Part shown: positions 29,584 to 41,650 of the stretch, one piece after another | Layout of the letters: each line of letters starts with the position of its first letter | Position numbering within the stretch: position 1 is the first letter of the stretch | Assembly (NCBI RefSeq): GCF_009914755.1 | Contig: NC_060925.1 | DNA: 64,000 nucleotides | Direction: 5' to 3' (one strand) | Source: the human T2T-CHM13v2.0 reference genome, Homo sapiens | The notes under the pieces: model-generated | Databases searched by the model: none | What the model saw: the letters and a program-made list of their open reading frames with translations, nothing else | What the model was told of the DNA's origin: nothing | Program-made: the position numbers and the translations under genes

Positions 29584-29967
29584 GTCACTAATTTGCTTTC
29601 ATCTCTGTGTCACCTCTCCAAATGTCAGCTCCTTGTTTCCAAAATGAGGGAACTAGATAACATGATCTCCAGCTCTAAACTTCCCTGATCTTTCTAGAAG
29701 TTTGATAAGCTGGTTCTGCAGCTGTGCCTCTCTTCCCACTTCGTCTTTGATTCCTTGACCTAGACCCTTGGTTTGGATGGGGTATGCCTAGGAGTAGCTC
29801 ACCCTTCTCTGATCTCCTGGGGGAATTTAATTGAAGTACATTCTCCTCCTGCCCAGTAGTGATGTCAAGAATTAGAGGAAAGACGTGCTGTGTCTCATAC
29901 ATCATGGATCTCTGACTCCTTCTTTCCATCATATCTCCTGAAAGTTTCAGGCCAGATATTTTACATT

Positions 29968-30302
29968 AGAGATCACAACTTGGACTCAGTACACAAATGG
30001 GTTTTATTTGCCTGTACCATTTTTTAATTTTTTAATTAAAAAAATTATTTGCCAGGATGAAAATTCTAAGGTTTCACATCAAAATCTGAATTTCTGACAT
30101 AGCAGGCCAGGATTCCCACACAATAACAATGACTATTTCCAGCTCAGTTCTGTTGAAAGGTGGTTGCCTTTGAAAAAGTCTGCACTCTCTATTTTGCACT
30201 GCCTCTACCCCTCTCTATTTTTCCTTCACCAGCTCCAATTCTGGCTTCTCTCATGAATGCTATCTCCATGGGTCCCACAGGCATTTGAGTTTGGGACCTC
30301 TG
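29968..30302 (-). mobile_element. MER102 (hAT-Charlie)
   Basis: tttcacatcaaaatctgaatttctg and aggcatttgagtttgggacctctg match recalled MER102. Confidence 0.7.
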
Positions 30303-31349
30303 TGGACATTATGATGAGAACTATTTATTTCCCTACTATTTTATCTGGGAGTACAGAATTTAAGTCATTTTATATGTCTCACATGTTATATCAGAGTACA
30401 TTATATATCTACAAATGTATATGCCCTTTAATGATTATGCATGTGTCCCCATAGTGTCATGTACATTGTGGACACTAAACAGGTATGTATTTTAAATGTT
30501 TTTGTCCACTCTCTAAAAACCAATCTTTTGGTACCATGAGGTCCTTAAGGATAGACCAGAAAATAGTGCTGCCTCAGGGGGTTACTATCCTCTCTGAGGA
30601 AGTAAGATATGGAGTCAGGCAGGTAAAGGATCAAGAAGAAAGTGAAAAGTGCGAAGACAAATGCAGGCATAGCATGAGGATAATTCAGGGGAAGGAATGA
30701 GCACTTCTGAGTGGGGCCATCAGGAATTTTGCAGTGGTAATGGGGGACATTTTAGCTGAGACTTGGAAAAATGGTAGAATTTGCTCCAACATGAGGAAAT
30801 ATGAGCATTGAGTAGGCAGGTATGGGGGCAATTTTGAAAACAAATAGTTCAGTTTGACTGAACTAAGGGAAATCGTGGGAAATGAGCCAGAGGGGATAAT
30901 TTAGAACTATCTAACCATGGCATCAACATCAGGTGTAAGGAGTTTAGACAGCACTGAGTTATTAAGCTCCTGGAGGAGCTATATTTATTCTTTGTCCGTG
31001 AGTAAGAACTAGACAAGAAAGATGTGCCTTGCCTCTGTTGTTCCAAAAGGAAAATGGCCATTTATGTTTGCATCTACTCTGAGTTTCGAGGTAGAAAATC
31101 TTCCTTTTTAATTTTCTTCATTCTTGTATGAGTAGCAATTTTTAGGGAAAGCAGCCGAATACAGTTCTTGGCAGTATGTTCTAAAATAGCAACACAGCAT
31201 CCTTATCTCTGCTATAACTTCGTATCCTCCAGCTTTCTAACAGGAGCATATTGGCATCTTTCACAGAATTATGCTCAACAACTTATTAGCTGTTCATTGA
31301 GAAAACTTATTTGTCATTTTGAAACTTGAGTCAGGTAAAACATTTTCTT

Positions 31350-31520
31350 TCACATTTTTTCTTTCTCCTTTTCACCCTCTCAACTTTCTCTACTTCTTTC
31401 TGTCTCATATCTCTCATTGTCTCCTTCCGTCCCTGTCTTTCTTCCTTCCTCCTTTTTCTTCCTTTCCTCCTTCTGTCCTTCCTTTCTCCTTTCTCCCTCA
31501 CTGCTTCCTTCTCATCTTTA
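31350..31520. repeat. CT-rich polypyrimidine tract
   Basis: About 170 nt almost all C/T. Confidence 0.85.
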
Positions 31521-31529
31521 TAATAAAGC

Positions 31530-31780
31530 AGTTAAGAGCAACAACTTTGAAGTCACATGGCCGAGGCTATAATCCTAGGCTACTGACTGATTGTAGAACC
31601 CTGAAATAGCTACTTAGCTTCTTTGAGCGTCCATTTTTCCATCTGCAAAATGGGATCATGATAATAACTACTGCATAAGAATATTGAGAATATTCATGTG
31701 TTAACACATGCAAAACACTCAGACCATGTGCCAGGGACATGTTAAGTGCTCAGTAAGTGTTGTCTATTTTTATTGTTATT
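31530..31780 (+). mobile_element. MIR
   Basis: ccatttttccatctgcaaaatgggat...taagtgctcagtaa. Confidence 0.7.
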
Positions 31781-32142
31781 ATATCTGCTGATTTTTTTCA
31801 CATTTATCCTCACTGAGTTTGGGTTCTTTTAAAATTGTGTAGAAAAATACATTATAATTGTTCTTTGTTTAATTTTAGACCCAAGAGATATATTTTGATA
31901 TTAAAAAGATTTTTTGTTATTGTGGAATAACATATAGAATCCACAACCTAGATCCATATAATTTGTTAAATGTATTATTGGACTATGACTGATTAAGTGG
32001 GTTAATTTTATACATGTAACCGTAAGATCACTTTTAGAAGACTATGGCCATATTGTAGATGCCTTCTTCTATTTGCTGATTGAGATAGAGGAACATGACA
32101 TATTTTATGTATAAGGAGTCAGAGGATCTTGAGTTTCTTTAG

Positions 32143-32495
<353 letters not shown>

Positions 32496-32929
32496 TGACC
32501 ATTTATCTGTTTCTCTTTTCTTTTTCCTTTATTGGGTGCTTCCAGTCTATCATATTTTGACATTTGAAAAGATCAGTATTTTTCCACACGCTAGTAAGCA
32601 TATTTTACTTGAAATAGGTAGGCCCATGAAATTTTGATTCCTTTTTTTGAAGACAATGATTTTAACAAGAGAAAATGGCTTGCTTTATGTCTTTTCTAAT
32701 AACTGAGTTCAACGTGTATGATAAGTGAGATTCTAACAGTTTTGGCAAAAGTGCACAAATGTAACTTTCTTGACAGCATTTTGAATGTTATCCCTCCACA
32801 GTAGCTTTTATGTCTGTCCAACTTGCTTTCTAAGACACTTACTTTCATCGGCACTTTCAGATTTTTGAATTATACTTTCTCAATTTGATTTTTCAAGTGA
32901 GTTATTAGGATATAGGTGGGAGTGGAGAA

Positions 32930-33057
32930 TGCCTGCCTGCCTTTCTTCCTTTGTCATTCCCTCTCTCCTTTCTCCCTCCTCCCCTCCCTCCTTTTCTCCC
33001 TCTCTCCCTCCCTCCTTCCCTCCCTCTCTTATTCTTTTATTTGTCTTTTTTTTTTAA
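32930..33057. repeat. (CCCT)n/CT-rich tract ending in an AG acceptor-like site
   Basis: Direct reading. Confidence 0.85.
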
Positions 33058-34141
33058 AGGCTTTAATGTTATTCTGCTTCTGTTAAGCTGGCAAATATTG
33101 CCCTTAAATAATCATCACAGACACTTTCACCCTTCTTACCCTCAATTCATCAAATAAAAACAAATTAATTATGGTTAGATGCATCTACTAAATTGTGAGT
33201 GCCTTTAGGCCAAGAGCAGATGCTTTTCAAAATACGTAGAAGAATGAATTTACTCACAGTACTTGTGATCATTAAATCCCTTAGCCTACCAGTGGCTTTT
33301 TTACTTGACTTGTACACTGGGTTAAAGGCTCTTGCTCTCCCTGTCTACTTCCATAGGTTATCATATGACAATAATGATAATAACAATACATAACTTTTGT
33401 TCAGCTCATGAAAGTTTTTAAAATGTTCCCATATACAAAGTGATTAATGAGAAAGCTCTTTAGAAATACAAAAAGCAAAGCAAATGCAAGGTATTGTTTT
33501 CATTAGCAAGTTTAAAGAAAACTTCTACACTGAAATGTCTGTGTGGTGCCATTAAGCATTTAATTTTATTTCTCAGGTTATGGATTTGTCTCATGAGAGG
33601 CGATGTGCTTAAGAACATCAGTTTGAGTGAAGCAGGACTGGCATAATGCATAAATGTACTTCCAGGGAAGTCGGGAAGACACCAAAAAATGTGCTTACTG
33701 TTGCCATAGCTTGAAATGGAAAATGATCATTTTCCTTTGTTAGTTCTGAAGAGCTAGCAGATTGACAGTAATACGAAACAGGATCTAATTTTACACTGAT
33801 GCAAATTAGATAAAATATAAAAATTCTGGTTCTAGAAAGAACACAAGTACTTGCTTATAAATTATTCAATTGGACACTTTGAAAAGAGTCTGCAGTGCTC
33901 CTATTTCGGCAACATCCAAGTAGATGTTAGAATGACGGAATGTGTTATTTTTGAAAGTGACTTTATGGATCATCTAATCAGTTGATTTGATGGGGAAACT
34001 GAAACACATAAAGGCAAAATACTTTTGCTATGACCATGTGACTTTTTAATGGCTGAACTAGACTCTTTCAATATATCATCCCCCATATTTTGCCTATAAT
34101 ATTTCAAATTCTCACTAGATAGAGCTCACTGAAGGTAGGTA

Positions 34142-35166
34142 CAGCAGGTCCTCTAGTAATGCAGTTTTGTTCAATGTTGTTTCCTCATAACATCAATGAG
34201 GGGAAAAAAAAAGTTAATTCCTGGCTCAAGCCACTGTCTGGGTGCAATTTACGTTCTCCTTGTGTTTGCGTGGGTTTTCTCCCAGTACTCCAGTTTCCTC
34301 CCACATCCCAAAGATATGCTCCTTAAGTGAATTGGCTTCTGTAAGTGGTCCTAGCCTGAACGAGCTGTGTGTGTGTATGCGTGTGTGTGTGTGTGTGTGT
34401 GTGTGTGCCCTGCGATGGAATGGCAGCCTGTCCAGGGCTGGTTCTCACCTTGCACCCTGAGCTGCCAGGATAGACTCTGGTCATCTGTGTGCTTGAAGTG
34501 GCATAATTACCTTACTATTTTTTTTTTTTTGAGACGGAGTCTCAATCTAGTCCATACTGATATTTCTTTCCTATATCTCTAAATGCTTGGACTAGTCATT
34601 TTGCAATTCATGATGGCCCATACTATTCCTTTTTTTTTTTTTTTGAGATGGAGTCTCACTCTGTCGCCAAGGCTGGAATGCAGTGGCGTGATCCTGGCTC
34701 ACTGAAACTTCTGTCTCCTAGGTTCAAGCGATTCTCCTGCCTCAGCCTCCCGAGTAGATGGGATTACAAGTGCCAGCCACCATGCCCAGCTAGTTTTTGT
34801 ATTTTTAGTAGAGATGGGGTTTCACCATGTTGGTCAGGCTGGTCTCAAACACCTGACATCATGATCCACCTGTCTCGGCCTTCCAAAGTGCTGGGATTAC
34901 AGGCGTGAGCCACCACGCCCTGCCCCTTACTTGTTTTAATTACTTTTTCTGAAATGTATGTATATATAGTTCACATTTATTTCAATGCTTAATATGAGAA
35001 GTGTTTTGGGCTTTATTTAGAAATTTGGTGATGTTTTGGACACTGTAGGAACTTCACTCTTGTTTACATCAATTAGCCTATGGTAAAATTGGTTTCCTTA
35101 TCTGGGATTTCGCTTAAAGTTGCAGTTTCCAAGAACCTATTGATGACATTAAGTGAGGACTTACTG
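34142..35166. mobile_element. MER6 (TcMar-Tigger) interrupted by an Alu
   Basis: TA-flanked CAGCAGGTCCTC...GAGGACTTACTG; internal ctccagtttcctcccacatcccaaag and (GT)n 34367-34407. Confidence 0.88.
34518..34924 (-). mobile_element. AluSg/Sc-like with duplicated 3' end and a captured ~85-nt insert
   Basis: Alu 34630-34924; insert 34543-34629; second Alu end and tail 34518-34544; TSD CCTTACT at 34510 and 34925. Confidence 0.93.
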
Positions 35167-35269
35167 TAGTCATGAATCCATTAATTCATCCATTCACCCA
35201 TTCATCCACCCATCAGTCAAAAATTTGTTGAACATTAATTTTAAGCCACATATATTAACATTGTGCTTT

Positions 35270-35581
<312 letters not shown>

Positions 35582-36059
35582 TAAGTGATAAAAGTTCAGG
35601 GATAAATAAGATGAGGTGGCTGATCTCAAGGAGCTTATAGTCTTAGTCACTAAGGGACAATAAAAAGGAGTGAATTAATTACTCTGCAGAGTAAGTCAGA
35701 GAAATATTTTGAAAAGAGATATTTGAGTTGGAACATGAACACAAAGGTCAGTTCCTAACTAACAAAATAATCAAGATGACAACTTTCTACTAAGCTTCTG
35801 ATATTACTAATATGAAATACAAATAAATTATTTCAGAGGTAGAAGCTTTCACTATAGTATTTACTCTATGTACCCCCCTACACATTTTTAAACTTTAAAC
35901 TTCTTGGTCCATGATGCCATTAACTCATCCCAGCCCTGCCTTATTAAGATGAAAGCTTTGACCTAAAATATATATGTTTCAGAAAACCTAGAACAAAAAG
36001 TAAAATGATAATTTATTTTCAAACCAAACCAACAAACAGAACTGTCCTTAAAGCTTCTC

Positions 36060-36805
36060 CTTTTAGAAGAGTTTCAGTTAATAAATAAATGTAGAAGGAA
36101 TTAGAGAAATACAAAGTTGCCATTAGAACCCAGGAGTAATAATAGTTGCAGGCAAGATCCACCAGTGAATGATAAAATTATTGGTGAAAGTTTGAGAAAT
36201 GACAGATATGTCTATAGTGATAAAGTGTTTATTTCAAGATACTTTTAATTACAAAAGCAAAAATACTAATTTTGTAATGGAGACACCAAGCAGATTCCAC
36301 CTTAACAAGGTGATACATTTAATATCAACAGTAAGAAGACAGGTGGGCATCAGCTTTTACCTCACAGGATATACTTCAAGCGTGCATCACTTACAAGGAC
36401 ATTCTGCAAAATGACTAATCTGTTCTCTTTAAAAATATCAAGATCACGAAAGACAAAGAAAGAGGGGGGAACTATTATAGACTGAAGATAAATAAGGCAA
36501 TTAAAAAACTAAATGGAATATGAGATACTGGATTGGATCATGGAATAGACAAAAGCCATTAGTGGAAAAACTGGCAAAATACCAGTAAAGACAGTAGTTT
36601 AGTTAATAGTATTGTACTATGACAATTCCTTAGTTTTTAAGATTGTACTATGAATATGTTCTAGGAATACATCTCGCATGAAGGTATGGCTCTGCATACC
36701 TTAGGGGAAACAATAGGGGAGCTGGCTGAAGGATGAATGGTACACAGCAACTCTCTACTCTTTCTGTAGCTTTTTTGTAAGTTTAAACTATTTTCAAAAT
36801 AAAAA
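36060..36805 (+). mobile_element. Old L1MC/ME 3' UTR
   Basis: ctggattggatc...ttagtggaaaaactgg...ttttgtaagtttaaactattttcaaaataaaa. Confidence 0.7.
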
Positions 36806-38110
36806 TGATGTAAATAATTGTCTTTACACGTTAGGGATACTTCTAACTGATTTGAACTTTTAATAAAGGGTATATAATGTTGAAAGCTGATCCAAATCAT
36901 TGTGTTAAAGGAAATTTGAAACAAAGGGAAAAAGATGGTTGTATTTCTGTAACATCTTTATTCTAGTACTAAAGTATAGAATTTAAATAAAATATATGAT
37001 TTAGTTATAGATTAGTCTTAACTAATATCAGAATTAGTCTTAACCTGTCTTGTGCCCCACCTCTGTTTACATTACCCTAAAAATAGTATATAACACAAAA
37101 CAGAAAGCATGCGATTTCTCAAGTATATTCAGGAGGTTGATTCTGGGGTGTAAAAAGGTGTAGGGCTATACGGCCCGTCATTAGCAAAGAAAACAATTTT
37201 CTTTTAATTTAGAAAACATTTTTTTATGCCCAGGAGATATTATTGGCTCAAGATTACTGGCATCATAGTGTTGACTTTTTCATTATGAACTTTCTAATAG
37301 CTAATATTTTTATTACTCCAATTATGTCTTTCTCAGTTTCTTCTTTATGGCTGAGAAGATTATTTTAGTCAGCTTGTGACTTTGATTGGGGGATTTTCTA
37401 AGCTAAAGTGTAAGAGTTCTTAGGTAATTCTATTTCAGTGTTTAGAATGCTAGATGTCTATACTTTAAATCATGTAAATGTTTATATGTTTGACCTCAAC
37501 TGATGTAAGTGGGTTTTATTGAGCATTATTTCTAATAATACCATGTGTTTGAAAATCCCACTATTTTAACATAGGTAGATTCTGGGTTTAATTACTAAAT
37601 TTTTTTCAAATTCTGTGCAATCAAGGTGAAAGGGTTTGTTTCCAAGGAAACAAATGCATTCCATTTTTATCACATAAAATGTTTTCTGCAAGAAAATTCC
37701 ATAACCAGTCTCCAGGGAGATACCGTGTCATAAAATAGCTCTCATTGGAGATTTTTCCAAAGGAACACTTTATTTTATTTTTGTTCCCTGAAAATAATAC
37801 TGTATTTGTGTAATTTTCATTGTATTGAATTTTTAAAAAATTAACAACAGAGTTGTTGCCATCGTCTCATTAGAGTCATAAAATGTACAATTTGGGGAGA
37901 ATGTGATTTTCCTCTGACCATTAGGTTGCATTTATATCGGAGTCTAAATAGCATGTATTCAAGATGTTCACTTGAGAAGAAACAGCCTGTTCTAATGATG
38001 ATATTTGTCACCTTGAAGGCTTCATTCTTTATTGGTATTTATTTGATGTTGGACATAACTTCTTCTTCTTAAGAAAATTTGACAGCCACATAATAGTCTG
38101 GCTTTGCATA

Positions 38111-38469
38111 TCTATTAGTCCATTTTCACACTGCTGATAAAGACATACCCGAGACTGGGTAATTTATAAAGAAAAAGAGGTTTAATGGACTCACAGTTCC
38201 ACATGGCTAGGGAGGTCTCACAATCATGGCAGAAGGTGAAAGGTACGTCTTATGTGGCAGCAGGCAAGAGTGAAAATGAGAGCAAAGTGAAAGGGAAAAC
38301 CCCTTATAAAACCATCAAATCTCATGAGACTTATTCACTACCATGAGAACAGTATGAGGGAAACCACCTTCATGATTCAATTATTTCCGACTTCCTCCCA
38401 CAACACATGGGAATTATGGGAGCTACAATCAAGATGAGATTTGGTTGGGGACACAGCCGAACCATATCA
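38111..38469 (-). mobile_element. THE1 (B/C) solo LTR
   Basis: tattagtccattttcacactgctgataaagacatacccgagactggg...accatatca. Confidence 0.93.
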
Positions 38470-38828
38470 GCAAACTATTATGATTGAATTAAGAAATAAG
38501 GAAACTGAGGGAAGTAGATTTGCTTTACACAAATCTGAGGGATTCTTCTTATGTACTTCTTTTTGTAGTAGTTGGCCTTGCCCATGTGAGTGTTTGCATC
38601 TAGAGACGTTGTGTTATTCCTCTTGTAGCTTGGACCTAACATATTAAGTGCTACAAAATGTTTGACAATAGAATAAAATAATAAAACATTTATACATTAA
38701 GAAGACACATTTTTGAAATAGAAAACAAGATAACAGTGAAATTACAGTGGGTGGGGATAGCATAATAGTCAAAATTAGAAGTCATAGCTCTGCCCCTTAC
38801 GAAGTCTGTGACTTAGCATATCATTTAA

Positions 38829-39202
<374 letters not shown>

Positions 39203-39932
39203 TCATAAGGTTGTATATTAAGATAATATGTGTAAAAAGTGTGTGTGCTAGAGGAATTTCTTTAAAATATGGGAACTATTCCATAAAAAGCACTGTGATG
39301 CTACACATAATATGACTTTGTCTTAATTCAGGAGATGTATTACATTTTTCTTGTTTTTAATGCAAATTCCATGCATGGGCCAGCTAATGTGAAATAATTT
39401 AATTACCTTGCTAGGTTAACACTATCATCTAAAAAACAGAAGTTATTTTTAAAACATTCTGTGAGAGTTTGGACTTCTCTCAGCCTAACCCTAATTCTAC
39501 AAATCCCCAAAATTCCAACTGCAGAGATCCAACATGCAGCTATCTAACTCATCCCACATGGCTCAAATCTTTACATGACTTAGAAGTATAGATTATCAAT
39601 CAAAGCAAATGGGAGAATGGATTGATTTGTGAAATGGCAACAGGTCCCTCATGGGAGACCAAGTGGAGCCTCCTTAAAAAGTTTAGCTTGGGCAATTTGT
39701 GAACAAAAGGGAGACACTCATGACTCATGACAGACAGTAGCGTACAGGAAACAGTAAATACTGACAACAAAATGTGGCATTTGTAAAACGTTCATTCATT
39801 TATTCTTTCATTCATTCATTCATGTGACAATTGTTTATTTAGTGGTGAGTGCCAGGGACTAGGCTAAATGCTGTCCACATACATGATCTCATTTGAAATC
39901 ACATGAAATTTGGGAAAATATGATCAATCCCA

Positions 39933-40386
39933 TGTAGTGGATGCTGAGGGACACCTCACAGACCCCCACTTAAGGACCGAACTACACTCACTCTCCCAGC
40001 TGTCCCCAAATGTTGGCAGTCAAAGCCTCTTATATGATTCTCTATCAAGATATGTGCTCTCAACCAAAGATAGACACCTCACCCAGAATCATGGTCCTTC
40101 CTGGGGGCAGCCTGCATCCCATGACTGATTTATGTAGGCTATACCCTATACTCAATTTTGAACTATACTCAATTTTGAACATCGCTGAAGGGTTATCCCA
40201 GCTCCAGATCCTCGGTAGGCTCACCTGAGGCCCCTGTTGCAACAGAATCACAGATCATCTCCCTCTGTCAAATCCTGTTTTTCTCACTTCTTATGGGTGT
40301 GTTGTTCCTAAAACCACTAGCCAAATAAATCTGTAGCACACAAATCTTAAAGATTCAGATTCTATTTCTTGGAAATTCATTTTACA
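39933..40386 (+). mobile_element. LTR16-like ERVL solo LTR
   Basis: tgtagtggatgctg start; cccatgactg; aataaa near the 3' end. Confidence 0.65.
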
Positions 40387-41051
40387 AGTGAAGAATCTGA
40401 AGTTTTATTATTTCACCCAAGCCCATGTAGGCAATATGTGGTGGGATTAGGATGCTGTCTCCAAATGTCATGCATGTTGTAAAAGCCCAGCAATTAGAAA
40501 TGGGGTTCAAGGTTGGAAATGGCCCTTATAAGGTTAGGCCTTTACCAGGTTTAATTTTTCAATTTCAGGTTGGCAGTCCAAAGTCTCAAAATTAGTCAAA
40601 AGTGTTGTGCAAAGGTAAAAAACATATAAAGGTAGAGTGGATATGTCCAAGTGTCCCCATTAGCAGGAAGAGGGTAAGAGCTAATGAGCAAATGAAGCTT
40701 GGTGGAAGTATTGACAACTAGAAGAAGATTTTCACACCATTTTTTTATATGGGGGCTTTGCTAATAAGTCAATTCCACTAAGCAGCTACTTATTTGACCT
40801 TATTATTTCCAATATGTAATAAAAATTGGAAGATCAAAATAAAGAACTATAAACAACATAAAATATTTATGAGAAATCATGTTTAAAGAACGTATTAATG
40901 ACATTGAAAACAGGTCCTGAATCTAGAATGGCTGTACATAAGAGAGAAAATGAGTACTTATATTAAAAATATGTATATGTTGGCTATGAAAATGGCAAAA
41001 TCAGATAATGCTAATATTAACTTTCAATATTTTCAATATTTTCTGAATGCC

Positions 41052-41053
<2 letters not shown>

Positions 41054-41111
<58 letters not shown>
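41054..41111. repeat. (AT)29 microsatellite
   Basis: Perfect run. Confidence 0.98.
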
Positions 41112-41113
<2 letters not shown>

Positions 41114-41164
41114 CTAACCAGGGAAAGGATGATGATTTAACATTTTGAACTCTTTTAGTAATAA

Positions 41165-41650
41165 CACATTAATTCAATCAACAATATTTATTGCGAACCT
41201 ACTATGTACCAGACAGTGTTCTAAGCAATGGGAATAGAACAATGAATGAGAAACATGGTCCCTGTCACAAGACCGTATATCATACCAGAGGTAGGGAGAC
41301 AGTCAACAAGCAAACACATATGGAAACAAGGCCTCTCTGTCAGCTGACCTCTAAGCAGTGAGGTTTCAACCACTTCAGGATCTGTGAGAAGAGCCTTCTA
41401 GGCAAAAGACCAATGTAGAACCCTATGAGGGAATAGGAAGAACTTTGGAAAACAGAAAGAAAAGCAGTATGGCTGAAGCAGAGCAAGTGATGGGGAAGGT
41501 ATAGATGAGGCTTTAGGGTTAGGTAAGAGCCCATCACTTGTGGGCTAGGAAAGAGAATTTGGATTTTATTCTAGGTGTGATGATAAGTTTTTAGTGTGTT
41601 CTGAACAATAGAATGACATGATCCTTTTTTTATAAGATCATTCTGACTTT
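41165..41650 (-). mobile_element. L2 fragment
   Basis: attcaatcaacaatatttattgcgaacctactatgtaccag...tttggattttattct. Confidence 0.7.

Noticed and set aside
40147-40180. Short tandem duplications (ctatactcaattttgaa x2; also near 2055, 51055, 52447 and 53337)
   Set aside because: Ordinary slippage duplications with no spacer structure; not CRISPR-like
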